Shown: positions 21,990 to 31,529 of the stretch, piece after piece
Layout: each line of letters starts with the position of its first letter
Position numbering within the stretch: the first letter of the stretch is position 1
Virus record (IMG/VR): IMGVR_UViG_2974637922_000001
Location: 64,001 to 128,000 of that record
Strand: one strand, 5' to 3'
DNA: 64,000 nucleotides
Source of the DNA: a virus
Taxonomy: Duplodnaviria > Caudoviricetes
Position numbers and translations under genes: made by a program
Notes under the pieces: model-generated
The model's database searches: none
What the model saw: only the letters and a program-made list of their open reading frames with translations
Told to the model about the DNA's origin: nothing

Positions 21990-22601
21990 ATGACACTAAT
22001 TAACGAACATAATCTTGGAGCTTGGAAAGCTTTAAACCCCCAAGACAAAAGACTACAAGCATTAACACTCTCAGAACTATTGGAGAATGTCGATCCAACT
22101 AGCGTAGATTTCAGTAGTATTACCTTTAAGGGGCGTACAGACGGTCTACTCGGAGATGGTCTCGATTGTGCTGAAAGTATTGGTTTTGTTGTATTTGATT
22201 GTGTATGTCTGTTCCTAGGAGCAGCAACACTAAGAGCTTCAGCCACTGCTGAGGTAGCCGAAGATATGGCTAAAGCTGCAGAACCTGTTGTTAACCAACT
22301 AACACAGTATATTAGAACCATTTCTGATTCAGCATCATCAACATATGATGTTGCTTATGCTGTGTTTAAGGTAATCTCTACCATCTACAGTGGAGGTGCT
22401 TTAGGTGCTGTTTGTGGTGTGTTCTTCACGTCCCTAACTTGGTACAATGCTATTCTCTATGGAATGACTGCTGTTGGTACTATTATGGCTGCTTTGGCAA
22501 CTGATGGTGCTGCTGAAATTGGTATTATTGTTGTGGAAATAGCAACAGCTGGTTTCCTAATTTCCGACAGTGTTGCCTGCTCTAAAGCTTGCAACTACTG
22601 A
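21990..22601 (+). CDS. Hypothetical hydrophobic alpha-helical (membrane-associated) protein
   Basis: 203 aa; several Ala/Gly/Val-rich hydrophobic segments and paired Cys; fills the intergenic space tightly. Confidence 0.65.
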   Translation: MTLINEHNLGAWKALNPQDKRLQALTLSELLENVDPTSVDFSSITFKGRTDGLLGDGLDCAESIGFVVFDCVCLFLGAATLRASATAEVAEDMAKAAEPVVNQLTQYIRTISDSASSTYDVAYAVFKVISTIYSGGALGAVCGVFFTSLTWYNAILYGMTAVGTIMAALATDGAAEIGIIVVEIATAGFLISDSVACSKACNY

Positions 22602-22702
22602 GTTGCTAAATATATCTGAAAGGCAATCTAGTCGTGGGCGGTATTTTAATATCGTTAACAATTGTCCATTGAAGCCTTTCCCACATTTACGGTTCAATAG
22701 AT

Positions 22703-25522
22703 ATGGGTAATCTACACAAATGGTTTTCAGGTTCCAAGTCCAAAGACGGCAAGTCTGGATGGGTGAATGTAAAGACTGGTGGTACCTGTGCAAGTGATGA
22801 ACCCGGAGAGGGCACACCCAAGTGTGTGTCTTCATCTAAAAGAGCTAGTATGACCAAATCCGAAAGGGAGTCTGCTTCTCGTAGAAAGAAAGCTGCTGAC
22901 CCTGGACAACAACAAAAGTCAGGTGCTGCTAAACCAACTTACGTATCTACCGACAAGCCTAAGAAGATGAAAAAAGAACATTTTTCTAATTGGAGGGATG
23001 ATACACCAGAACCAATGGTCAATGAACTCTTTGGAATGGGTAAGAAGAAGGAAAAGAAAAACAACGGTTCTGGTGGTTCTTTCTCAGCTTCTACGGCAGA
23101 GGCGAACGCTAGATCCAGGGGGTGGAAACCTGAAAACGAAAAACCAAAACCCATGGGTGCTTTTGGTCCAGAAAAAGGAAAGAGTAAATCCCCAGACCAA
23201 TTCAAAAATGTGAAGAAAGCTTTGGGTATTCGTCCAAAACCAGAACCCAAAGTTACAAGTCAAACAAAACCAGAACCCAAAGTTACAAGTCAAACAAAAA
23301 CAGATCCTACACCCAAGTCCAATCCATATTCTGGAAAGGATAAGTTAAAACCCCAAAGTTTTAGTACTGCAGTTAAATCTGGTACTAAAATGAAAAAGAG
23401 TACTCCATCAGCCCCAGGTAAAATTGTGACTCAACAAGGTAATCAAAAAGAGCAGTTTTCTAACTGGAGAGATAACTACGTAGCCACTGAGCACGAGTTC
23501 ATCGATCTCATCAAACCAGAACCTATGGTAGGTATCTCCGAAACCAAGGAAGGTCAGATGAAATCTGGTAGGGAGCAGTATAAGAAAGAGAAGGAGGAAG
23601 GTCGTTATGGTGGAACTAAACCTTCTAATGAGAGAGTCGCAAAACTCATGAAGAAGCTGAAGGAGGAGACCAAGCAAGATGGTCCCGAACCTACAACGAA
23701 ACAGACTCGTGGTGCTATGAAGAACATTCGTAGTAAAATGAATACTGCAAGTCACAAAGACCCAGATAAGAAGAAGACAAAGCAAGAACTAGCTTTCCAA
23801 AAGGCTAGAGCTAAGGCTTGGGGTATGACTGAAGAAAAGATGTCAGAACGAGATAAGGAAGTCGCCAAGTACCGCGAACAGGCTAAAAAGAAAACTACTA
23901 TGCCTGATGGTGATGTTGGTCATGATATTCACAAGAGAGCAGTCGATCAATATAACAAACAGAACCCCAGTAAGAAGGTGAAGGAGGAGTTTGAGATCTC
24001 CGAAGAGGATAAGAAAGGTTCAGGTAGTGGTAAGAAAGACGCCTGTTACAATAAGGTGAAGGCATCAGCTTCTGTATGGCCATCAGCTTATGCTTCTGGT
24101 CGTTTAGTTCAGTGCCGTAAGAAAGGTGCTGCCAACTATGGCAAATCCAAGAATGAGGAGTTTATCAGTATTGTAGCCTCCGAGTATTTCATCAATGAAG
24201 GACTCAATGATGAGGGAGTGGCAGAACTAGTTGATTTGTTGGGACCTATTCAGTTTGGTGAATTGGTTAATGAGATTGCTGAGGGTGTAGAAGAAGATCT
24301 ACTTACTGAAGCTAGAGCTGGTGGAGTTAAGATTGAACCCAAGAATAAGTCTGGTACTAGAGTTTCAGATCTATCCAAGGGGGCTAGAACTAGAGCTATT
24401 AACACACTCCGTAAAGAGAAGGCAGCTAAGAGAGCTGGTGAAGGTGAAGGTGGCAAGGGCAGTCTAAAGGACTCCCTAAAATCACAAGCCAAGGCAGCTA
24501 AGAAATCAGAGCCCAAAAAGGCTAAGAAGGAAGAACCCAAAAAGGAAGCAGCTAAACCAGCAGTTGAGAAGGCTAAAGCCACTCAACCTAAGAAGAGAGG
24601 TTTCTTAGATTCTGTAGCCCGTCAGGTTAATAAGGGTATGGATCGCCATAGAAAGGCAATGGAACTAGCCCGTGAAACTGGTAAGGTAGCTAAGAAGGCA
24701 GCCAATATTGGTGGTCAAGTTGCTAAAGGTGCAGTTCAAGGTGTTAAGGACACCGCCAAGACAACCAAAAACGTAGCTGATAAACTAAAAGAAGAATACG
24801 TATTGGTTGTATCTGAAGAGTGGAAGCCTGATCCCACTGAGAAACGTGAAAAGAAAGCTGCTAAGCTAGGTAGGGATGAAGAGATCGAGAAAGGCAAGTC
24901 CAAGAAATATGGACGCGATGAATCCAAGATTGACAAACTCTACAAGCGTCGTATGGCTGTTCAGTTCAAAAAGAAAATGAGTGAGGAAAGACTAGACGAA
25001 CTCAAGTGTTGGAAAGGTTACAAGCGTAAGAAGGGTTCTACACCTGGAGCTCCTGGTTCCTGTGTGAAAGAAGGTTTCTCCAGTTGGAGAGACGACCTTG
25101 ACCTTATGGAAGGTGTTGCAGCTTGGCAACGTAAGTTTGTTTCTGAAGAATCCAAAAGAGAACTTCAGATTCGTGCTTCGAAGGGTGACAAGGCAGCCAT
25201 GAAGAAACTTCATCAACTTCGTGCCGATGGTAAGATTGGTAAAGAACCTGGTTTTGAACCTAAGAGAGATCTTCCTGAAGGTGCAGCATGGACACGTAAA
25301 GAGGGAAAGAATAAAGCCGGGGGGCTTAACGAGAAGGGACGTAAGTCTTACGAACGAGAGAACCCCGGCAGTGACCTCAAAGCACCACAACCTGAGGGTG
25401 GTAGTCGCAAGAAGTCATTCTGTGCTAGAATGGGCGGAATGAAGAAGAAACTAACCTCTTCCAAGACCGCCAACGATCCCGATTCAAGAATCAATAAGTC
25501 ACTAAGAAAATGGAACTGCTGA
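22703..25522 (+). CDS. 939-aa Lys/Glu-rich modular protein, probable internal head protein
   Basis: Three 'E.FS.WRD' repeats; modules 'DACY.KVK....VWPSAYASG.LVQCRKKGA.NYG' and 'AAW.RKEGKN..GGLNEKGR...SFCARM...RKWNC'; CTAAATA late-type box at 22606-22612. Confidence 0.75.
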   Translation: MGNLHKWFSGSKSKDGKSGWVNVKTGGTCASDEPGEGTPKCVSSSKRASMTKSERESASRRKKAADPGQQQKSGAAKPTYVSTDKPKKMKKEHFSNWRDDTPEPMVNELFGMGKKKEKKNNGSGGSFSASTAEANARSRGWKPENEKPKPMGAFGPEKGKSKSPDQFKNVKKALGIRPKPEPKVTSQTKPEPKVTSQTKTDPTPKSNPYSGKDKLKPQSFSTAVKSGTKMKKSTPSAPGKIVTQQGNQKEQFSNWRDNYVATEHEFIDLIKPEPMVGISETKEGQMKSGREQYKKEKEEGRYGGTKPSNERVAKLMKKLKEETKQDGPEPTTKQTRGAMKNIRSKMNTASHKDPDKKKTKQELAFQKARAKAWGMTEEKMSERDKEVAKYREQAKKKTTMPDGDVGHDIHKRAVDQYNKQNPSKKVKEEFEISEEDKKGSGSGKKDACYNKVKASASVWPSAYASGRLVQCRKKGAANYGKSKNEEFISIVASEYFINEGLNDEGVAELVDLLGPIQFGELVNEIAEGVEEDLLTEARAGGVKIEPKNKSGTRVSDLSKGARTRAINTLRKEKAAKRAGEGEGGKGSLKDSLKSQAKAAKKSEPKKAKKEEPKKEAAKPAVEKAKATQPKKRGFLDSVARQVNKGMDRHRKAMELARETGKVAKKAANIGGQVAKGAVQGVKDTAKTTKNVADKLKEEYVLVVSEEWKPDPTEKREKKAAKLGRDEEIEKGKSKKYGRDESKIDKLYKRRMAVQFKKKMSEERLDELKCWKGYKRKKGSTPGAPGSCVKEGFSSWRDDLDLMEGVAAWQRKFVSEESKRELQIRASKGDKAAMKKLHQLRADGKIGKEPGFEPKRDLPEGAAWTRKEGKNKAGGLNEKGRKSYERENPGSDLKAPQPEGGSRKKSFCARMGGMKKKLTSSKTANDPDSRINKSLRKWNC
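23235..23299 (+). repeat. 30-bp perfect tandem duplication (encodes KPEPKVTSQT x2)
   Basis: caaaaccagaacccaaagttacaagtcaaa occurs twice exactly, followed by a degenerate third start. Confidence 0.9.
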
Positions 25523-25626
25523 GAACCGCCCTGTCCCACACTTGGTTTGTGGGAATTTTGTCATACTTACTGGTAACAATTCCCGTTATTGGAATTGATA
25601 TAATCCACAGACAAGAAAACAACTAA
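25510..25626 (+). CDS. Small single-pass membrane protein (38 aa, not in the ORF track)
   Basis: MELLRTALSHTWFVGILSYLLVTIPVIGIDIIHRQENN; fills the gap between the two larger genes. Confidence 0.55.
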   Translation: MELLRTALSHTWFVGILSYLLVTIPVIGIDIIHRQENN

Positions 25627-25628
25627 CA

Positions 25629-26840
25629 ATGTCTATCCTAACTCACACTAATAATAACTACGAAAGGTACGATGAGGACAATGTTCTAGCGTCACCTCAG
25701 CCTGCATTTAGGAGTGAGAGTATGGATGCAGTTGGTTGGACTAATTTTACCTGGAAAGATTTTGATGGTGATTATGTCAAGACTCTAGTGGGTGGTGGTA
25801 TAACTTCTATTAATGAGTATGTGAAGAGAGACGTAGATAATAATATAGTCACTCAACCCCAATACATCAGGCACGACATAGACAATAACCCACTGGGTAG
25901 TTTGGATCCACTAGAACTTGTAGGTGTTGGTAATATTACAGCACCTGATGGGTTTGCTGTCGGTAGAGATATGGCTGGTCAGGTTGCTGGTTATCAGGGT
26001 GGCACTGAACCCATCACTGTTGAAGGTCAGTTACAGAAACAAGAAACTACTGGTGGTCCTTGGATTGGTATTAGTCCTTGGGCGGCAGTTGATACTGCAG
26101 TAAAAGAGATAGACTCTTCTTTGGTGGGAGCTAAACTTCGTATTTCTACTAGAATTCAAGATGCCATAATCGCTCCATCATATCTCACTGTCAATACTCC
26201 TGCTTCGGATGTTGTTGTTGATGAGATGACTTCCGATGTGGAGGGTACTCTTACTTTTAGTGGAGCGGACCCTGCATATCCAGGAGATGTACTTACTCAG
26301 ACAGAAGGCACTATAACCGGTGGTATCGGTCCATTCACTCGTGAATTTGAATGGATTAGAAGAGAAGTTGGCGCCACTGGTTCATATGCAAGATTTGGTG
26401 CTCCAAATGGATTGACTTATACTATTCAGTATAGTGATATTGGTTATGATGTTAAAGGAAGAACTGATTGGCAAGATTCATATAACTATTATAAATCGAC
26501 CGGTACGATTCCAAACCACATTGAGGTTATAGCAGAACCACTAGCATTGGTATCAAAGGGAACTCTCGATGGAATTGGGCGATCAGGCACAGTCCTAACA
26601 CAAACTGAAGCAGTATTCAGTGGTGGTGTTCCCCCATTCACTTATAGATATGAATGGGTCAGGAGACTAACTGCTGGATCAGGATTCTTCGAGTTTGGTG
26701 CTCCAGATGGTCTTCAGTATATTATTAGGTCTTCTGATATCGGTTATGACATTAGGGGAAGAACTGTAATCATTGACTCCTTAGGAAGTACGTTGAGTAG
26801 TAGTTCTACTATTCCTCAGGATATTAGTGTGACATCATAA
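25629..26840 (+). CDS. Putative virion surface protein with about three Ig-like repeats
   Basis: Repeated 'G.VLTQTE....GG..PFT...EW.RR...G....FGAP.GL.Y.I..SDIGYD..GRT' units. Confidence 0.65.
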   Translation: MSILTHTNNNYERYDEDNVLASPQPAFRSESMDAVGWTNFTWKDFDGDYVKTLVGGGITSINEYVKRDVDNNIVTQPQYIRHDIDNNPLGSLDPLELVGVGNITAPDGFAVGRDMAGQVAGYQGGTEPITVEGQLQKQETTGGPWIGISPWAAVDTAVKEIDSSLVGAKLRISTRIQDAIIAPSYLTVNTPASDVVVDEMTSDVEGTLTFSGADPAYPGDVLTQTEGTITGGIGPFTREFEWIRREVGATGSYARFGAPNGLTYTIQYSDIGYDVKGRTDWQDSYNYYKSTGTIPNHIEVIAEPLALVSKGTLDGIGRSGTVLTQTEAVFSGGVPPFTYRYEWVRRLTAGSGFFEFGAPDGLQYIIRSSDIGYDIRGRTVIIDSLGSTLSSSSTIPQDISVTS

Positions 26841-26873
26841 CTACTACATAAGGTAGGTAGGTATAATATTATT

Positions 26874-28520
26874 ATGGCGGATACTAAGTATCTTGGGAAT
26901 CCAAATTTAAAGAAGGCGAACGTTGCTGTCAACTTCACTTTGGATCAGGTGAAGGAGTATGTTAGATGTAAAGAAGACCCAATCTATTTTGCCAGGAACT
27001 ACATTAAGATTGTTTCCTTGGATCATGGTCTTGTGCCATTTAAGTTGTATGATTTCCAGGAAGACTTAGTTAGAAGTTTCCATGAGAAGAGATTTACTAT
27101 CTGTAAGATGCCTAGACAGACAGGCAAGTCTACAACCTGTGTGGCGTTTCTTCTCCACTACTTGGTATTCAATGATAATGTCAACGTCGGTATCCTAGCA
27201 AACAAAGCAGCAACTGCTAGAGAGATTCTAGGACGACTACAGATTGCATATGAGAACTTACCGTCGTGGATGCAACACGGTATTGTATCTTGGAACAAAG
27301 GTTCAGTGGAGTTAGAAAATGGCAGTAAGATATTGGCAGCTTCTACGTCTGCAAGTGCTGTCCGAGGTATGTCTTTTAATATCATCTTCCTCGATGAATT
27401 TGCGTTCGTTCAGAACAATATTGCAGAGCAGTTCTTTGCCTCTGTTTATCCTACTATTACTTCTGGTAAATCAACGAAAGTAATCATCGTTTCCACGCCA
27501 CATGGTATGAACCACTTCTACCGAATGTGGCATGATGCTGAGAGGGGTATAAATGAGTACAATCCAATTGAAGTTCACTGGTCTCAGGTACCGGGAAGAG
27601 ACTCCATATGGAAAGAACAAACTATTAAGAACACTTCTGCTGAACAGTTCAAGGTTGAGTTTGAGTGTGAATTCATTGGTTCTGTTGATACTTTGATTGC
27701 TCCATCTGTTCTCAGGGCGATGGAATACAGAGAACCAATTAGGAAGCAAAAGAGTTTAGATATATTCTACGAACCAGAAAAAGATAACATCTATGTAATC
27801 ACCGTAGACGTTGCCAGAGGGGTCGGAAAGGATTACTCTGCCTTTGTGGTGTTTGATGTGACAAAGTTCCCCTACAAGGTTGTGGCTAAGTATAGAGACA
27901 ACGAAATCAAGCCAATGGTATTCCCTAGTATCATTGAGAGGGTGGCAAAGTCATATAATAGGGCGTGGTGTCTTATTGAGGTGAATGATATTGGTGATCA
28001 GGTTGCCTCTATCCTAAACTATGATTTGGAGTATCCCAATCTCATGATGTGTGCTATGAGGGGTAGGGCTGGACAACAACTAGGTGCGGGTTTCAGTGGG
28101 TCCAAGACTCAGTTGGGTGTGAAGATGAGTGTTGCCACCAAGAAACTAGGTTGCTCCAACCTCAAGACTCTGGTGGAGGAAACTAAACTAATCTTTGAAG
28201 ACTACAATATTGTTCAGGAACTGACGACCTTTATTCAAAAGAACAACTCATTCCAAGCGGAAGAGGGGTGTAATGATGACTTGGCTATGTGCTTGGTTAT
28301 CTTCTCTTGGGTAGTGGCTCAGGACTACTTCAAAGAGATGACTAACAATGATGTGAGAAAGGAGATATACAATGAAAAGGAGAACCAGATTGAACAGGAT
28401 ATGTCACCATTTGGTTTCTTCTCTGACGGAACTGAAGAGGGTACCTTTGTAGATAATAGTGGGGACGTGTGGCACACTGATGAATATGGGGATATGAGCC
28501 ACATGTGGGAATATATGTAG
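26874..28520 (+). CDS. g17: Terminase large subunit gp17
   Basis: Walker A 'PRQTGKST', Walker B 'IIFLDEFAF', 'STPHG.NHFY', nuclease 'VDVARG' and 'DDLAM'. Confidence 0.97.
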   Translation: MADTKYLGNPNLKKANVAVNFTLDQVKEYVRCKEDPIYFARNYIKIVSLDHGLVPFKLYDFQEDLVRSFHEKRFTICKMPRQTGKSTTCVAFLLHYLVFNDNVNVGILANKAATAREILGRLQIAYENLPSWMQHGIVSWNKGSVELENGSKILAASTSASAVRGMSFNIIFLDEFAFVQNNIAEQFFASVYPTITSGKSTKVIIVSTPHGMNHFYRMWHDAERGINEYNPIEVHWSQVPGRDSIWKEQTIKNTSAEQFKVEFECEFIGSVDTLIAPSVLRAMEYREPIRKQKSLDIFYEPEKDNIYVITVDVARGVGKDYSAFVVFDVTKFPYKVVAKYRDNEIKPMVFPSIIERVAKSYNRAWCLIEVNDIGDQVASILNYDLEYPNLMMCAMRGRAGQQLGAGFSGSKTQLGVKMSVATKKLGCSNLKTLVEETKLIFEDYNIVQELTTFIQKNNSFQAEEGCNDDLAMCLVIFSWVVAQDYFKEMTNNDVRKEIYNEKENQIEQDMSPFGFFSDGTEEGTFVDNSGDVWHTDEYGDMSHMWEYM

Positions 28521-28538
28521 TTCTAAAATACATATTTC

Positions 28539-28546
28539 TATAAATA
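28539..28546 (+). promoter_or_regulatory. Late promoter TATAAATA for g18
   Basis: Exact consensus, intergenic. Confidence 0.85.
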
Positions 28547-28588
28547 TTTCTAGATTAATTTCGGACTTTCAAAAGGGAGAACCAAAAG

Positions 28589-30784
28589 ATGCCAGTAAAC
28601 TTAGCATCGCCCGGAATTGTCGTAAGAGAGGTGGACCTTACCCTAGGTAATGTACAGACTTCTACGGACAAGACCGGCGCAATTGTTGCCTCTTTCGCAA
28701 GAGGACCTGTTGATAAGCCAACCCTAATCGCAAGCGAGAACGAGCTTCTCGATGTCTTCGGACAACCCTCATCTACTGATAGGCAGTATGAAGGATGGCT
28801 AGCCATTTCTTCTTATTTGTCATATGGCGGTATTATGCAGGTTGTTCGTTCTGACAACGAGAAACTCAATAATAGCTTTGTGGGTACGGCCAGCAGCATT
28901 AAAATTAAAAGCTTAGAGGATTATAACGATCTAGCTTATGATGAGAACCAGATTCCTGGTGTCACGGTAGCATCCAGAAACCCAGGATCCTGGGCAAACG
29001 GTATTAAGGTAGCGTTTATTGATGGTAAAGCTGACCAATATGTCAGTTCAGTGGGTCTTGGCACTTCAGCCACTTCTTCCATTGCTCTAGGACAGGGTGT
29101 AATTCAAACTATCAGCAAAGTTGCTGCTGGTGCGGGTACTACACAATTAGTAGAAGGAGACCTTAAGGGTATTATTACTGGAGTAAACACCTCCACGGAT
29201 CAACTAGAAGTTAAAGTCCTTTCATTCACTCCCTCAACTGGTTCAAACGCAGGTGTACAATTCGAAGTTGATTATCAACAGGGTGGTACTTGGTCGTTTG
29301 TAACTGGACTCTTCCAGGTATATTCTAGCGTAGGTCTAGTGACCTCAGTAGTAGCCGGTGGAGCATCAGATTGGTTTGATGATCAAACTATCTCCGTTCA
29401 AGGTGGTAGAACAACAGTTAATTGGAACTCCCTAGCCAACAGACCAACCACAACTGAGTTCGCAAGAACTAGAAACGCTCGTTTCGATGAATTCCACATT
29501 GTCATTTTTGATGACACAGGTGATGTTACTGGTAATGCCGGTACCATTCTAGAGAAGAATATTGGAATGTCCAAGGGTACAGATGCTGAGTTCTCAGCTG
29601 GTACTCCTTCTTACTGGAGAAAGTATCTAGCTAACACTTCTTCTTATCTCTTTGGTGGATCATCCCCAGTTGGTGTTGTTACAACTTCCTTTGAGCCCGA
29701 TAACGGTAATGGTTTCGTTCCTGAAACTGGCGGTGAGTGGGATCAACAGACCCGTAATAAGAACTTCTATTCCTGTGGTAACCTAGCGGTAACTATGGAG
29801 GGTGGTAAGAACTACGACGGTGGAACTGATATCGATGCAATCGGTGCGTTAAGAGTAGATGTTGGTGATATCGCAGCAGGTTACGACAACTTTGAGTCCG
29901 ATGACGAGACTGATATTGATTTCCTAATTATGGGATCAGCAGCCTACAACGAACCTGAAACTCAGTCACTAGCTAACAAGATCATCTCGATCGCAGAACT
30001 ACGTAAGGACGCTATGGCGTTCATTTCACCTTACAGAGGTTCTCAAATTACTGATTCTGGATCAGGTGCTCAGGTTACTATCAACTCCAACAAGATTACT
30101 GATAACCTAATCAGTTTCTACTCAACTGTAGCTTCTTCCAGTTACGCCGTATTGGACACTGGTTACAAGTACATGTATGATAGGTTCGCAGACAAGTTCA
30201 GATATGTTCCTATGAACGGAGACATCGCTGGATGTTGTGCAAGAACCGATCAAGTAGCTTTCCCTTGGTTCTCACCAGCAGGAACTACAAGAGGAGCAAT
30301 CCTCAATGGTGTAAGACTAGCTTACAACCCAACACAACAACAGAGAGATCGCCTCTACTCCGCTAGAATCAATCCTGTCATCTTCGCTAATGATGTTGGT
30401 GGTATTGTTCTCTTCGGTGATAAGACAGCCCTATCAGCCTCTTCCGCTTTCGATAGAATCAACGTTCGTCGTTTGTTTATCTACGTAGAAGACGCTGTTA
30501 GTTCAGCCGCCAAGGATCAACTCTTTGAATTTAACGATGAAGTTACTAGAACTAACTTCGTGAATATTGTAGAACCTTTCCTTCGTGATGTTCAAGCGAA
30601 AAGAGGTATTACAGACTTCATTGTAGTTTGTGACGAAACCAATAACACACCTGCTGTTGTTGATAGAAACGAGTTCGTCGCTGACATCTTCATCAAACCA
30701 ACCCGTTCCATTAACTTCATCGGTCTAACGTTTGTTGCTACCCGCACTGGCGTAAGTTTCGAAGAGGTTGTTGGTACTGTTTAA
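28589..30784 (+). CDS. g18: Tail sheath protein gp18
   Basis: 'SPGIVVREVDLT', 'PWFSPAG..RG', 'FDRINVRRLF', 'IFIKPTRSINFI.L.FVATRTGVSF.E'. Confidence 0.97.
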   Translation: MPVNLASPGIVVREVDLTLGNVQTSTDKTGAIVASFARGPVDKPTLIASENELLDVFGQPSSTDRQYEGWLAISSYLSYGGIMQVVRSDNEKLNNSFVGTASSIKIKSLEDYNDLAYDENQIPGVTVASRNPGSWANGIKVAFIDGKADQYVSSVGLGTSATSSIALGQGVIQTISKVAAGAGTTQLVEGDLKGIITGVNTSTDQLEVKVLSFTPSTGSNAGVQFEVDYQQGGTWSFVTGLFQVYSSVGLVTSVVAGGASDWFDDQTISVQGGRTTVNWNSLANRPTTTEFARTRNARFDEFHIVIFDDTGDVTGNAGTILEKNIGMSKGTDAEFSAGTPSYWRKYLANTSSYLFGGSSPVGVVTTSFEPDNGNGFVPETGGEWDQQTRNKNFYSCGNLAVTMEGGKNYDGGTDIDAIGALRVDVGDIAAGYDNFESDDETDIDFLIMGSAAYNEPETQSLANKIISIAELRKDAMAFISPYRGSQITDSGSGAQVTINSNKITDNLISFYSTVASSSYAVLDTGYKYMYDRFADKFRYVPMNGDIAGCCARTDQVAFPWFSPAGTTRGAILNGVRLAYNPTQQQRDRLYSARINPVIFANDVGGIVLFGDKTALSASSAFDRINVRRLFIYVEDAVSSAAKDQLFEFNDEVTRTNFVNIVEPFLRDVQAKRGITDFIVVCDETNNTPAVVDRNEFVADIFIKPTRSINFIGLTFVATRTGVSFEEVVGTV

Positions 30785-30824
30785 TTCACTTCTACCTAAA
30801 CAAATTTTCAAGGAGCAACCCTAA

Positions 30825-31421
30825 ATGGCAAGCACAAGATCTCAGGTAGAGGGTCCAGTATTGAGGACGCTGAGTGACTTTAAAGCTAAAATGACTGGTG
30901 GCGGTGCCCGCCCCAATCTATTTGAAGTCGTTCTTCAGTTCCCAATCTCAGCACCTACCGATACCGATACACTACAGAAAACACGTTTCTTAGTTAAGGC
31001 AGCTGCACTTCCAGCTTCAAACATTGGTCCCATCGAAGTTCCCTTCCGTGGTCGTGTTTTGAAACTAGCAGGTGACAGAACCTTCGATACCTGGACTATT
31101 ACAGTTCTAAACGACACGGATTTCTCAATCCGTTCAGCGTTCGAGAAGTGGATGAACTCCATGAATCGTATGGAAGACGCAACTGGTACTCAGGATCCAG
31201 CTTTCTATCAGTCAGACGCATATGTCTATCAGTTAGACAGAGATGGTTCAACTCTACGTACCTATCGTTTCCACGACGTGTTCCCCAATAACCTATCTTC
31301 TATGGATCTCAACTATGAGACCACAGATAGCATCCACGAATTCACAGTGGAAATGCAGGTTCAGTGGTGGGAAGCAATCAGAGGAACCGGACGTAACGCC
31401 GGTGGTGAAGATATCTTCTAA
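30825..31421 (+). CDS. g19: Tail tube protein gp19
   Basis: 'GGGARPNLFEV', 'VPFRGRVLKLAGDRTFDTW'. Confidence 0.95.
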   Translation: MASTRSQVEGPVLRTLSDFKAKMTGGGARPNLFEVVLQFPISAPTDTDTLQKTRFLVKAAALPASNIGPIEVPFRGRVLKLAGDRTFDTWTITVLNDTDFSIRSAFEKWMNSMNRMEDATGTQDPAFYQSDAYVYQLDRDGSTLRTYRFHDVFPNNLSSMDLNYETTDSIHEFTVEMQVQWWEAIRGTGRNAGGEDIF

Positions 31422-31438
31422 ACCCAGTTCAGTACAAG

Positions 31439-31467
31439 AGACCTCCTCAAAAAGGGGGTCTTTTTTT
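31439..31467 (+). terminator. Rho-independent terminator after g19
   Basis: AGACCTCCT-CAAAA-AGGGGGTCT stem plus T run; CTAAATA late-type box follows at 31473-31479. Confidence 0.8.
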
Positions 31468-31529
31468 ATGCGCTAAATATATTCACGGGTCGTACCCATA
31501 CATGTTATTATAGGAAGAAAATACTCGTT

